The notes: generated by a model from the sequence alone, not told the origin. Numbered from the stretch's first letter, positions 26,501-41,800 are shown. The stretch is 64,000 bases of DNA from Octopus bimaculoides (GCF_001194135.2 NC_068983.1:4982207-5046206), one strand, 5' to 3'. Numbers and translations: made by a program.

Positions 26501-29500
26501 ATGTAAACACACCAACACCGGTTATCAAGTAGTAGTAAGTGGACAAACACAAAGACACACACATGCACACACACACAGACACACACACACATACATGAAT
26601 ACAACAGGCTTCTTTCAATTTCCATCTACCAAATCCACTCACAATGCTTTGGTCAGTCCAAGGTGTTCAAGGTGCCATGCAGTGGGACTGAACCTGGAAC
26701 CATGTGGTTGGGAAGCAAACTTCTTACTGCACAGCCACACCTGCACATTAAACAACAACATCTGAAAAAACATGAAAACCTGCAAAATATTTTAAATATA
26801 AAAAAAAAAAATGGTTGTACCTCCAAACTGAAGAAACACCAAAGAAAATTTTGAAATCAGCATCATTATCATCATCATTTAATGTCTATTGTCCATGCTG
26901 GCATGGGTTGGATGGTTTGACTGGGCTGGTACACTGGAAGGGTGCACCAGTTTGATTTTGTATGGTTTTCTATGTTTGGATGCCCTTCCTAATGCCAACC
27001 ACTCTGAAAGTGTAATGGCTGCTTTTACATGCCACTGGCACGGGTGTCATTTGCATGACAGCGGTATCTGCCATGACTGCAATTTTTGCTCAGCTTGATG
27101 GGTCTTCTCCTCAAGCACGACATAATGCCAAACACTCAAAAGGAATGCTTTCTAGTTTACTCAAAACCATCAACCAACAATTCTTTGTTGACCAATAATT
27201 TTACTCTGTTATAATCTTAGACATTATTAAATTAATTAGATTAAATCTGTTAATTTTGGTTTCAGATTGTGACACAAGGCCAGCAACTTTGGTGAGGGGA
27301 AAGTTGATTACATTGACCGCAGTACTCAACTAGTACTTGTTTTATTGACCCAGAAAGGATAAAACGTAAAGTCAACGTTGGTAGAATTTGAGTTCAGAGC
27401 ATGAAGATGGATGGCACAGCACTAAGATCTTGCCCAGCGTGCTAATGATTCTGCCAGTTTGCTTCCATAACTGTTAATATTGGTTTCTAACAAAGGCGGC
27501 AAGCGGGCAGAAATGTTAGCATGCTGGGCAAAATGCTTAGTGGTATTTTATCTATCTTTATGTTCTGAGTTCAAATTCTGCCAAAGTCAACTTTACCTTT
27601 CATCCTTTTGGGGTCAATAAATTAAGTACCAGTTGCGTACTGGGATCTATCTAATCGACTGGCCTCCTCCTGCAAAAATTTCAGGTCTTGTGCCTAGAGT
27701 AGAAAAGAAAAGAGATTTTTTTTGTCTTTACGTTCTGAGTTCAAATTCCGCCAGGGTTGACTTTGCCTTTCATCCTTTCGGGGTCGATAAACTAACTACC
27801 AGTTGCGTACTGGGTTGATCTAATCGACTGTTTCCCCCCCCCCCCCCAAAAAAAAAGAAATTAATTTTCAGGACTTGTGCCTAGAATAAAAAAGAATATT
27901 GGTTTCTAACATAACGTCAAAGCCTCGAAAATGGAAGAGGAATATTGTCAATTTTATTGATTCAGTACTGTGTTATTGGCACAAAATCTTTTATTATTGA
28001 TTCCTGATATAACCACAAGATGTCTCTCACATTCAATATGGCGGAAGAAACGATTGATCTGCTATCCTTCAAATGTGTATGTCAATTTATTGATCTAGTA
28101 ATACTTTATTGATACTAAATCTATTAATATTGATTTCTGACATCATCGTCATCACCACCACCACCACCACCGCCACAACCACAACCACAACCATCACCAT
28201 CATCGTCATCATTATCATAATCATCATCATCATCATCGTTATCATCATTTAATGTCCACTTTTCCAATTGTCAAGGCAGATTTTTCTACAGCTGGACCTT
28301 TCCTGTTATCAAGCTAGGTAATACATTTCCATGGCCAGACATATTTTTCACAGAAGACTGGAAATGAACAACCTTGCTTGTATGACAATGAGGCTCATTT
28401 ACAACCATCCTGTGATGTCTAGCCAAGGGTACACAAACAAACATATACACACACACTCACATATGCATACATGGCTGTGTGGTAAAAAGCTTGCTTCCCA
28501 ACCACATGATTCTGGGTTCAGTTCCACTGTGTGACACCTTGGTCTCAGGCTGAAAGAAGACTGTTATGTATGTGTGTGTGTGTGTGTGTGAGTGTGTCTT
28601 TGTGTTTGTTCCTCCCCACCATCACTTGACAATCGGTGTTGGTGTGTTTATGTCCTTGTAACTTAGTAGTTTGGCAAAAGAAACTGATAGAATAAGGACC
28701 AGGCTTTAAAAAAAAAAGGTTTTGGGGTAGATTCATTCAACTAAAACTTCCTTAGAGCAGTGCCCCAGCATGACCGCAGTCTAAGGAATGANNNNNNNNN
28801 NTGCTTACCAACCACATGGTTCCAGGTTCAGCCCCACTGCATGGCACCTTGGGCAAATGTCTACCAGTATAGCCTTGGGCTGACCAAAGCCTTGTGAGTG
28901 GATTTGGTAGGCAGAAACTGAAAGAAGCCCGTTGTAATATATATATATGTGTATGTATGTATATGTGCCAGTGGCATGTAAAAAGTTCCTTACGAGCATT
29001 GGGCCTTAGGGAGGCAAAGTGGCTGAGTTCCTCTTCAGTGATGGGCCTCATGGAGGCAATGACCGAGACCTTTGGTCTTATGTCGTGCTTCAGAACAAGA
29101 CCCACTAAGCTGAGCAAAATTGCAGTCATGGCAGACACCGGTGTCACACAAATTGGCACCCATGCTGGTCGCACATAAAGCACCCTGGTGTCATGCAAAT
29201 GGTACCTGTGCCAGTGGCATGTAAAAGAACCCATTACACTTTCAGAGTGGTTGGTGTTAAGAAGGGCATCCAGCCATAGAAAACCATGCAAATCAGACTG
29301 GGGACTGGGGAAACCTTCCAGCTTACCAGCCCTAGTCAAACCATCCAACCCATGCCAGCATGGACAATGGACATTAAATGATGATGATGATGATGATGTA
29401 GGGCATTCTGTCTAATAGTCTGTGAATTCTACAAACCACCACCACCACAACCACCACCTTCGCCCTGCTAAATTTGTAAAAATTAGTTTCTTGATAATTT

Positions 29501-30421
29501 TGAGCAAAATAAACAAATATAAGAACCTGGCCGGCTGCCATCAGTTGGTGCTACGTGGTCTTTGATCCTGCACAAAATCGGTATAACTGTGGCCTATTTG
29601 AGAAATGAGTCCCACGAGGTGGGGGTGGATGCTGTAGCAAGTGTTGCCAGCCATTCTCCATGGCAACACCTTTGCTATCATATCTGCAAGGCATGTCTAA
29701 ACTTGCCATTTGGTTTGGGGTGTATAACTTATTACTCCCCCCCACCCCATCTTCTGCTGCTTCACACCCCACTTTTTAAAAAGTTTTTCTTTGTTTCTTT
29801 GGCGAGGTAGTTATGGGGTATTTTTCTTGATAATCTGATCTATTCTTTTAATGTCTTTTTCTTTCTTTTCTTCCTGTAAAAACATGTTAATAAAAATAAA
29901 ATGAGGTTATCTTAAAAAAAAAAGGCTTTATAGGTGCAGGAGTGGCTGTGTGGTAAGTAGCTTGCTTGCTAACCACATGGTTCCAGGTTCAGTCCCACTG
30001 CATGGCACCTTGGGCAAGTGTCTTCTACTATAGCCTCGGGCTGACCAAAGCTTTGTGAGTGGATTTGGTATATGGAAACTGAAAGAAGCCTGTCGTGTTT
30101 GTGTGTGTGTGTTTGTGTGTGTGTTTGTCCTCCCAACATCGCTTGACAACCGATATTGTAAATTCATATTTTCATCATGAATTTACAATTTATTTTAATT
30201 CAAAGTTTAGACTACTCTTACTAATTTGATATCAGTTAAAAATAGCATTTCATTAGATTTGCAGTGCCAATTTCACACCAGGAAGAAGTTGAAGCTTATT
30301 CTAAATACACTGGACGTTCTACCTTTACACCACAACCAGGTGAGTCTTCAATAAAACTGGTCATTTATCATCATCATCATCATCATCACCACCACCATTA
30401 TCATCACATCATCACCATCAC

Positions 30422-30453
<32 letters not shown>

Positions 30454-30470
30454 CCACCATCATCATCATC

Positions 30471-30502
<32 letters not shown>

Positions 30503-32767
30503 TTAACATCCATGTTCCTTGCAAGGGTTGGATGATTTGATAGAATTTAATGGTTCTGAAGACTGCAGCAAGCACCAACATCTACTTTGGCATGGTTTCT
30601 ATGACTGGATGCCCTTTTTAATGCCAGTCATTCTACAGAGTGTGCTGGGTGCTTCTTTTTCCTGCAAGACTAAGATCCTTTTGACCGAGTGAGGTTACAG
30701 CAGAGAGGGGAAGGTGGCTTTATGCCATCGGACAAGGGACTGAAGTGTAAGAGAAGGGTCCAGAACAGAACAGGTTTCTTGATGTAGAGGAACGACATGA
30801 CTACTCACATTATGGATGAGAAAGAGAGTAGGTGGGNNNNNNNNNNNNNNNNNNNNNNGGGGGGGGGGGGAGAGGGAGACTGGATTGGAGCTAGAAAGAG
30901 ATAGAAATAGTGGTGATAAAGTTTTATCGTGTACCCTCAAGATGCAGGGTATATAGAAGTGAGTGGAGAATATTGTTAGGATGACAATCCAGTTGTGACT
31001 TACCAGTCATATTTTCTGGTACCTTGTTTTTAGAATTGAAATTTCCATTGTTTTTCTAGTGTTAAAATGTCAAGGAGTAGTTTGAGGGTGATTGTGCTGT
31101 TGTTTCTGCTAAACAAATGGTGAAATGGTACTAGGCTGACTTTGGCTGAAGACACTAAAGCACAAAATAGTGGCATTGTTTAGATCTCATTTGTTTGTTT
31201 TTGCAAATTGAATTACAGAAAATCTGTTGTGGTTTTTATTTTTTCATGATTATATTGTTTACATTTAAAGGACACACTGCTGATAATGGATTGCACCAAC
31301 CAAAAGAACCATTAGTGTTGCAACAGCAGCAAAACACTGACCATCAGAACCACCACCACCACCACCAGCAAAACCAACAACAGGCACAAGAACAACAACA
31401 TCTAAAGTATAAGCATTCCTCTTCTCAGGCATTAAAAGTATGTTGGTGACAACAAACTTTGTTGTTCTCAATATGAATTTATTTGTTATGATGTTGTTGA
31501 AGTTTCTTCTGAACTAATTGCAAAGTTTAGAAATGACTGTTTTTTTCCTGTTCTTTTATGTTTTATAATTGTTTAACCCTTTTTTTGGTTCCAGCTTGCA
31601 TGAAACCACCCATGGTTCTATGATACAGATTCCTTGTTTTATAGAGCTCTTAATTAAAACCTTCCATCAAAAGTTCCCGTTAATTTATGTTCTGAACACC
31701 AGCTTGATAATAACAAAGTTATTTTACCAAATTCTTCATTATTTCCAAAATTGGAACAAAAACAGTGTGTTTCAACAAAAACATGGTAACGAAAGGGAGA
31801 AAGAATGGAGAAAGAGAGATGTGGTGCCTGGGCATACACTCAAAGTACAAGAAGGTGGGAATAAGAGGATATAGGAACAGGGGGGAGGGTCAAGGATGGG
31901 TGGATGAATAGGTTTGTGAGAATGTGAAAGATGGTTAGAAATAGCATTAGATGTAAATGCAGGCGTGATATATGGTGAAGCTGCGATAGGTGGCAGTACA
32001 TAAAATGGTAGGTGGGTCCATTTATAAATTATACCTATTAAAGGAAATCACAAATGATATAGCTAAAATTAAGCAAGGAAGATCAAACTTCCATGCGTAA
32101 TTTTAGCAACCAAAGTAAAATTTGTGATAGAATTCCTTTAGTGATTAACTGGCACCGAAATTTTGCTGGCATTTTAAAAGTGTTACATGAAAGTTATTAG
32201 CATATTGCAGAAAAATTTCCTCATTTTAAACAAATATTCTGAATTTCTGTGTTTCTGCAGTTGTTTTCATTTTACATTTTGAACTTAAAGATGGCAGACA
32301 ATCTGTTGAAATATTGTTAAAACTTTTAAATAGACAATCTATTACGAATTACATCATGCTCTTCTTATTGTCTATTTACCTTTGTGAAGAGTCACATCAG
32401 TCTTTATAAAATATTATTATAATTGCCTTTGCACAGCTTCTAGCGCTGGGGATGTACTACAGTGTCAGCTGTTCACGACCAGTGAGCTAAGGTAACACCC
32501 CTTATTTTTCGAGCACCTTCTGGAGTATTTGAGCGGTTCCAAGCAGGGCTGTTTTCTGCAAGTGCTCCACCCTTATTGCAGCCCCTATTTGTTCTATGTA
32601 CTTCTCAAGATTTCTACTCACTGTTCCCAGGGCTCCAACAATTACTGGTACTACTACCACCTTTTTCATCAATCACAACTGTTTAACTTCCCAAGCTAAC
32701 CTGTCATATCTATCAACTTTTCTTTCTTCCTTATCGCATATCTTGTTGTTAGCTGGGCATGTTATAC

Positions 32768-32834
<67 letters not shown>

Positions 32835-35754
32835 GTTATTATTATATGTTATTATTATATGTTATGTCCCACATTACGATGACATATTTTGTTGTCTCTG
32901 CGGGACTGGCTCTGAACAGTGTACCTCGCTGACAGACATTACTGACTGCATCAGTCCACTATTTATTAGTAGTGGACCGGCCCACTTCTCACATGTGGGT
33001 GTCCACCACAACATTATGTAATAGTTAAAACTTAAAAAGCCATTTCTCAATTTCTCTTGGATGACCTTTAAACGAACAAGCAATTAGAACAACAAACTCA
33101 CCCATGCGAAACAAATGCCCTTTTGTTACCAATCAGTTTCAATGTTAACTAACCCCAACTTGAGTACTTATTTGACAGACAGTGGCTCCTGGTTTATTGC
33201 TAGGTCTATTATACACATTCTTCCTACCTTGACAATAGCACTAGCTGAGCATTCTGTTAAAATGGAAGGTCACTGAGTTCATAGAACACCTCCTTCGCTC
33301 TATTTTCTGATTTCATGGTTTGCTCTGTCAGAACTAACATTTCTTTCCACTGAAAGGAAAGTTTTTTTTATCAACAATGGCTGGTGTGGGTGTGGTTGTG
33401 TAATTAAGAAATGTGGTTCAGTCCCACTGAATGAATAAGCGAGTATCTATTACTATAACCCTGGGCTGGCAATAGCCCTGTGAGTGGATTTAGTAGATAG
33501 GAACCGAAAGAAGCCTGTCATATGTGTGTGTGTGTGTGTATAGCTTAATTATCCTTGTTTATATAGGTACTATATAGGTTCATAAGTATCATCATCACCA
33601 TCATCATTTAGTGTCCGTTGTCCATGCTGGTATGGGTTGGACAGTTTGACTGGGCTGGTAAGCTGGAAGGCTGCACCAGGATCCAGTCTGATTTGACATG
33701 GTTTCCTACTATGGATGGCCTTCCTAATGTCAACCACTTCAAGAGTGTAATGGGTGCTTTTACGTTCCCCCAGCATGGGTGCCATTTGTGTGACCCCAGC
33801 ATCTGCCACGACTGTGATTTTGCTCGACTTGATGGGTCTTCTTTGCAAGCACAGCATAATGCCAAAGGTGTTGGTCATTGCCTCCGTGAGGCCCAACACA
33901 CATGCAAACACACCCCTCTTTTACACACACTTCAAACACCGTTTATCGGCTTTTTCACTCCTTCCTTCGTTATTCATCCATCACCCCTTCCTTTCTCATT
34001 CATACGACGCTCTCTTTGCCGCTTCGTTTCATCTCTCTCATTACTTTCTCTTACTCCCTCTCAGTCATGGCTATTACTCTCACTATTTCTCCTTCACTGT
34101 ATTAGTATTTCATCTCCTCTCCCTTCACCTCTCGCTCAATGTATATATTTTTGGTTTATTTTTCTGTTTGAGAGCAGTCGGGTTCATTTTTAGTATTCTC
34201 GTTTGTGAGAGCAGTCCAGTTTATTTCAGATAGTCTCATTTGAAAACTCATCTCTGGCTAATCGTTAAAAGGACGGTGGTGTTGCCTTGGCGGAGGTTTG
34301 CACTCTCTGAGAGCTCTTGTTATTATTATTATTGAGTGAGAGAGCAGTGCATGCCATCAAAGTGACACTGAAGTAAAAATGTACAAAGCCCAGTATACCC
34401 ATCATGACTACCTGTCTGATAAGGGTACACCAGGAACATGCATCACAACCATATGTGCACAGCATGGTGATCTCATATCAAGATAAACAGCGCATGACCT
34501 CGCAGGTGGGGCCCAGTTAGAATTTTCTTCAAGTCAAGTAGCCCATCCCGCTCAAAAGGTCCCTGAATAAGGTTTGTTTAAGGATGTTGAACAAAATACC
34601 CATGTTTCCAGAGGTGAATTATCCAAACACCAAAGAATTCCCCTCAACACATGGCTATGATGCTCCCCCACTACTTCTGCTCATGATCAGAGATGCACAT
34701 ATTGTTAGCCATCAAGGGACATGCTCACCTGGCTTAATGAGTCTTCTTCACCTATGGAAGTCAGGTGAAGAAGACTCGTTAAGCCAGGTGAAACCGTAGT
34801 CACTTTCCTGACTTTTCTTCATAATTCTGTGTACTGTACGCACACCTTTGATGAATTGTAGTGCACCTGAGCACTATACACAATAATTTCATTATTATTA
34901 TTATTATTATTATTATTACATCATTTACATTTGACAGATATTAGAACTGTATTCTTCTTCTTCTTATTATTATTATATATTATTATTCTTACCATTATTC
35001 TTATTCTTCTTCTTCTTATTATTATTATTATATGTTATTGTTATTATTATTGATGCCATGTAAATATTAACAAAAGTCTGTATAAATATTTCTCTTCAAC
35101 TCAGTCCTCTTCATCAACTGTGATCTCTTGTGAAGGATCTGAAGCTTCGAAAGCCTCTGATGGCCCCAGTGTAGATCGATTACTTCTCAAGATTATGGAT
35201 TTTGTCGATAAATATTGGAATGGGGCCCAGTCACTTCATAGAAATGTGAAATTCAAATGTAAGTAAAATGTTTCATTTTTTTTTCTCTTTTACTTGTTTT
35301 AGCCATTGGTCTGAGGTCATGTTGGGGCTCTGCCTTGAAGGGCTTACTCGGACAAATTGNNNNNNNNNNNNNNNNNNNNNNNNNNNNNNNNNNNNNNNNN
35401 NNNNNNNNNNNNNNNNNNNNNNNNNNNNNNNNNNNNNNNNNNNNNNNNNNNNNNNNNNNNNNNNNNNNNNNNNNNNNNNNNNNNNNNNNNNNNNNNNNNN
35501 NNNNNNNNNNNNNNNNNNNNNNNNNNNNNNNNNNNNNNNNNNNNNNNNNNNNNNNNNNNNNNNNNNNNNNNNNNNNNNNNNNNNNNNNNNNNNNNNNNNN
35601 NNNNNNNNNNNNNNNNNNNNNNNNNNNNNNNNNNNNNNNNNNNNNNNNNNNNNNNNNNNNNNNNNNNNNNNNNNNNNNNNNNNNNNNNNNNNNNNNNNNN
35701 NNNNNNNNNNNNAGGGTGGGGAGGGACATACACAAACGCAAAGACACAGACACA

Positions 35755-35801
<47 letters not shown>

Positions 35802-38742
35802 AAGGGCTTCCACACAGTCCTCTTGTCTCGCAAGGCATTGGTCCACTTGGGGTTATTGCCATGCAGTAGGATTGAACCCAAAGCCACATGGCTGCAAAGC
35901 AAGCTTCTTAACCACATAGACATTTATAGAAAATCTAAAGCAATTCATTTTTAGCTATATATTTAGTTTTGGAAATAAAACCATTATTGATTGACAGGAT
36001 TACAGCAAGACCAGTCATTGGTTCACTTCTAATGGCTAAAACAAGCAAAAGAGGAAAAGATAAAAGAAGCAAAAATCTAGCTGTAATGAAACAGTTTTGA
36101 GAATCTTATATGTGTGAGGTTGCTTTGAGGTCATCAAAGGTTGAACGGTGGAGCATTTGTTGGTGGTTTTGAACTTTTTGTTTGTTTGTCTGTACTTGTG
36201 TGTAATGGGTGTGGTACAAATGTGATTCCTTGATGCGTTATATCAATTGTGTCTTTGGATTTGCGTCAATGGTCTCTGTCTATGGCATCGAGTGTATGTC
36301 ACGCGTAAATCAAAGGTGGCTCTTAAAGATCTTTGTCCATGGTGTTGCTATATGTCATGCGTTAAGTGCTAAGGTTCTGTGTGGATGACTCAAAAGGTGC
36401 AGAAGCTACAGAAGGACTGTGTTGTCTGCATAGGAATGAATGTTGTTAGAAGTAAGAGCAAGTGGGTCATTGGCATACAGAAGAGTGTGGGAGACTTAAC
36501 CGAACCTTGCAGTGTATCAAAGTTGATAGCAAGAGAGAGAGAGAGAGCATTGTCAGCATATAGAATTGGCTGACAGAAAACCTCTGATCCAAGGCGGCGA
36601 GCTGGCAGAATCGTTAGCACGCCGGGAGAAATGCTTAGCGGTATTTCGTCTGCCGTTATGTTCTGAGTTCAAATTCCACCGAGGTCGACTTTGCCTTTCA
36701 TCCTTTCGGGGGCGATATATTAAGTACCAGTTACGCACTGGGGTCGATGTAATCGTCTTAATCCCTTTGTCTGTCCTTGTTTGTCTCCTTTATGCTTAGC
36801 CCCTTGTGGGCAATAAAGAAATAAGAAAACCTCTGATCCAAGAGGTGAGAAACATTTAAGTCATTAGTAAAAACTTGACTACAAGAAAGGCATGTGCTGT
36901 CTGTTAGGTGAAGGCATGGATATGTGGTAAGAAGCTTGCTTCCTAACCACATGGTTCTGGGTTCAGTCCCACTGCAAGTCACCTAATGCAAGTGTCTTGT
37001 ATTGTATCCTTGGGTCAACCAAAACCTTGTGAGTGGATTTAGTAGGTGGAAACTGAAAGAAGCCTGTCATATGTGTGTGTTTGTGTGTGTGTGCATTGTC
37101 TGTGTTTGTCCCCCACCACTGTATGACAACCAGTGTTGGTGTGTTCACATCGCTGTAACTTAGCAGTTCAGCAAAAGCGACTGATAAAATAAGTATCAGG
37201 CTTTAAAAAAAGTACTAGGATCGATTCATTCAACAAAAAAATTCTTCAAGGCAGTGGCCCCAGCATGGCCACAGTCTAATGACTGAAACAAGGAAAAGAT
37301 AAAAAGATAAAGATTAAAGGATGGTGGGCAACAAGAGTTGAGAGACAAATGTTGTGGATTAGTAGCTTGAGGACCAATTCTTTTTAAGTGTTGGGCCTCA
37401 TGGAGGCAATGACTGAGACTTTTGGCATTATGTGGCAGTCGTGGCAGACAGCAGTGTCATGAAATGGCACCTGTGCCAGTGCATGTAAAAACTCCCATTA
37501 CACTCTTGGAGTGGTTGGTGTTAGGAAGGGCATCCAGCTGTAGAAAACCATGCCAAATCAGATTGGAGTCTGGTGCAGCCTTCCAGCTTACCAGCCCTGG
37601 TCAAACCGTCCAGCCCATGGACATCATCATCATCATCATCATCGTTTAACGTCTGCTTTCCTTGCTGGCATGGGTTGGACGGTTTGACTGAGGTCTGGAG
37701 AGCCAGAAGGTTGCACCAGTCTCCAATCTGATCTGACAATGTTTCTACAGCTGGAAGCCCTTCCTAATGCCAACCACTCCGTGAGTGTAGTGGGTGCTTT
37801 TTATGTGCCACCGGCACAGGAGCCAGTCAGGTGGCACTGGCATCAATCACATTCAGATAGTGCTTATTACGTGCCACCGGCACAGGGGTCAGCCAGGGGT
37901 TACTGGCATCAGCCATGTTCGGATGGTGCTTTTAACTTGCCACTGGCACAGGAGCCAGTCTGGGGGCACTGGCTACAGATGATGATGATGATGATGATGA
38001 AGGCTTTCATGTCAAACCATGTTGGTATATTTGCTGATATCAAATGCAACATTTTTTTTAGTGACCTTTGGGGTGTGAATGTGTCACGTAAGAGAATTTT
38101 CCATCATATGTTGCTCCCTAAAAAGTCTAACAATGGTCACAGAGATGTAGGAAGAGAGGATGACCAGAGGGATTGTTCCAGAGAAAGAAAGTGTGAAGGA
38201 TTTGGTAAAAGATAGGAATTAACTTTGGAGCACATTGTATTGAATGTAATGAAAGTGACTCTATCACGGTCCATCGTTGATTAGAATGACATGGTAAACC
38301 AGGTATGGTGGAGTGTGAGAATATTAGAGGAGTTGTTGGTTGTATTGTGTGCAGGACAAGGGTGTGTAATATTGGTTAGTGTCAGATCATACCTGTTGTG
38401 TTATAGATAAAAATACAGGTAAATTTCTGATTGGTTCCTCTTGTATTAAATGAAGTATTTTGGTTTCTTTAGTGTAAATTTGTAAAAATTCATTTTCTTT
38501 CTTTTTGTGATTAAAAGTTGAAATAAGAAAATGGGTGTGGCTGGTTGTGGTGGTGGTTGGGGTGGTGGTTGGCTGGGAAAGTTAGCAGTTGAGTATTGTT
38601 ATTATTGTGTGTAGTAGGGTGTGTGTGTGTGAAAGAACAGAATTAAAGCAGGGAGAGAGAGGTGGGGGAAGAGACACAGCAGAGAGACACATAGAAAGAG
38701 ACAGATTTGTCTAGCAAGAGGTCATCTATCTATTTGTCTGTT

Positions 38743-38776
<34 letters not shown>

Positions 38777-38829
38777 CCAAACTGACTATCTCTCTCTCTC
38801 TCTCTCTATCTAGCTGTCTATCTACCAAA

Positions 38830-38883
<54 letters not shown>

Positions 38884-41800
38884 ACCTACCTACCTGCCTA
38901 CCTACCAACCTATATATGTATATGTGTATTATTATTATTATTGAGTGAGAGAGCAGCGCATGCCATCAAAGTGACATACGAAGCCCAGTATACCCATCAT
39001 GACTACCCNNNNNNNNNNAGTGACATACGAAGCCCAGTATACCCATCATGACTACCCGTCTGATAAGGGTACACCAGGCACATGCATCACAACCATATGT
39101 GCGCGACAGATTGCCCTATCAACAGCTTGCCATAAACTCCAAGCAGAATCTCTTTTCCTGTATGTAATTATTGCTGTTGTTAAGGCGGCGAGCTGGCAGA
39201 AACGTTACCCTGCTGGGCAAAATGCTTAACGGTATTTCGTCTGCCATTACGTTCTGAGTTCAATTTTCACCAAGGTTGACTTTGCCTTTCATCCTTGCTA
39301 CAGTCTGGCTGAATTGATTTGGAGCTCATTTTTCTTTATTATTATTCCTTCATAACACAGTGTAGGTAAAAATGCACCGGAGTCTTTAGTCTTCTGTCAA
39401 ATCACAATATGGACCTCAGACAGATAATACTTTCCTTAGGATATGCGCTGTGCCTTATAAGGCTGGTTTTTGCAAGACATCAACCTTGCATGGAATTTCC
39501 AGTTGCCTTAAGAAGTTTTGAAGTTTTAATGGGATTGAACCCAATGCTCCAATCACCACTGGTATCACTTTTACATTACCCTCTCGCATTCCAAACAGTC
39601 TTGCCATTTCCACTTTCAGTTCGGAGTCCTTGGTGATTTTTCCAACCTCTTTACTCACAACATTCATGTCATTTGCTATGGCTACATCAATGATCTGACA
39701 GTATTTGTCTCTCTCATTCAATATACCAATATCCGGCCGACGGATTTCGATTACACGAACTGCCTAAAAATCATAGTCCCAGAGTATCGTTACTGTTCCA
39801 TCCTCCTGCATAACTTCACTTGGTACATGCTCATACCAGTTCTCTGTTATTTCATATTGGTATTTATGGTATAAGAGCCAATGAAGATACACACACATTT
39901 TATCATGGCAGTGTTTGTATTCTTCTTGTGCAAGGTTCTCACATCCACTTCCCAAGTGGGTCACACTTTCCACACTCTTTCCACAGTCAGCATTTCTGGG
40001 TGTCAGAAGTTTTATAAATGTCATACTTCACTGAATTGTGCAGTAATGATCAGGTTTTCAGTGGTACGCTTCAAATCCCCTCACTCAAGCCATGCCCACG
40101 ATGCTGTATTATCCTTAACATCCTGTGTATTCCTTTCAAACTGTCCATGCATTCTCATTTCAAGAAGGTCTTCTTTTCTCTTCTCCTCAGCTCTTTGGTT
40201 AAACTCTTCCTTGCCCAACATTTCGTCTGCATTTACACCCATATCTTTCACGGAATATTGCAGCAGGTCTTCATCACTATTTATCAGACACTCGGCAAGC
40301 GTTCTCTTCTTTCACTCCTTATACAATATTCTATACTAATTAGTCCTCTGCCACCATTCTTTCTTTTCATATATATATTCTGTTTATGTTTGCTTTACGG
40401 TGTGGCGCCCCATGCAGCATCATCAACTTTCTTGTCCTTCTATCCAGTGCTAATATTTCCTCCTTATTATTATTGTTGTTGTTATTATTGTTCATTTTGA
40501 TATTTATCTTTGTACTTGGCAGATTTATTGCAATCAGTTTTGTAATAATATATGCTCCCTAAAGTTTGATAGAGTTACCTGTGAAGCTAACCTCCTTCCC
40601 CTCTTCCTCCCCCCTCCTCCTCCTCTCCATCCTATTCTACTTCTGCCTTCTCCTCTCCCCCCTCTGCCTCCCCCTCTGCCATCGCTCCTCTCTTTTCTCT
40701 CTACCAGCCCAAGCTGGTAGAGAGAAAACCTGCATGTCTCATATTTTTCTCATATTTTTTCAGCCACGACGGAGTGATTCATTTTATCGTGTTACAAGCA
40801 TGAGAGAGAGAAAGCGAGAGAGAAAGCGAGAGAGAGAGAGAGGGACTGTCTGAAGTCGGAAGTAGAACTGAAGAGTCTTCCCTACCCTACATCAGTTTTT
40901 ATTCAGTATTGACGCCCCCCCCCTCTAGACGGGTGGTGGGGGCGGGTTTCCCTTGTGTGCACTGTGTCTTGCAAGGAGTCCACATCACCCTCCATTCATA
41001 GACACGGTAAATAAATATGTAACAGCTACACTTGTTAATCTGTCAATGACATGAATCGGTGAGGATATACCAACAAAACAACCTCTTCTATATTTGTGTG
41101 TCATATGAATTAACTGACAGAAATGTTTCATCAGGAAAGAAGTCATAAATGTATTTTTAATCCCAACATATTAATAGACTCTCTAATTATTATTCTATCT
41201 CCTCTCAAGAGAAAAAAAAACAATTTCTCTTCCTCATTTCTTTGATGTATAAACTTTATTCTTAATCTTTTATCTTTTATTTGTGTCAGTCATTAGAGTC
41301 TGGCCATGCTGGGGCACCGCCTTGAAGTTTTAGTCTAATGGACTGATCTCTAGTACTTGATTTTATTTTAAAGATGTTGCTATGTGTAGCACCAGCATTG
41401 ATGTAGGAGTAGCACTCCATTGTGGGCTTCACTTGAGCCTTGCTGAGTATTGTTAACTATTGGGGACTGAAATATTTTCTGGCCTTAAAAACATGAGTCG
41501 GCACTCTGGCCTACTCATGTCTTCACTTCTTATTGCCCTTGTGCCCTCCAATCCCTTCCTTTACCTGCACAAACCCCTATTCATAATCTTTCTTCCCCAG
41601 AACAGCAACCATCTGTGGTCTCCAAATGGTTCATTAGATCCCTTGAAATAGCAGGCAAATCTCCCTTTAGCCACATTTATTTAATCATTCAGTACTTGAA
41701 ACTAATGTGTTTATTTCTGATTATTTCAGCCATAGCAAAGAATTTGATAGAGAAACACATGGCTCAGTGTGATAAAGAATCTGTAATGCATCCTCAGTTT

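Noticed and set aside
33618-34233. 191-aa and 159-aa ORFs
   Set aside because: Antisense repeat copy plus pyrimidine-rich low complexity
34265-34325. gccttggcggaggtttgcactctctgag, resembling a Helentron-associated element 3' end
   Set aside because: No matching 5' subterminal repeat found nearby; too short to support
38969-39057. 39-bp direct repeat either side of a 10-N gap
   Set aside because: Overlapping contig ends joined by a placeholder gap; an assembly artefact
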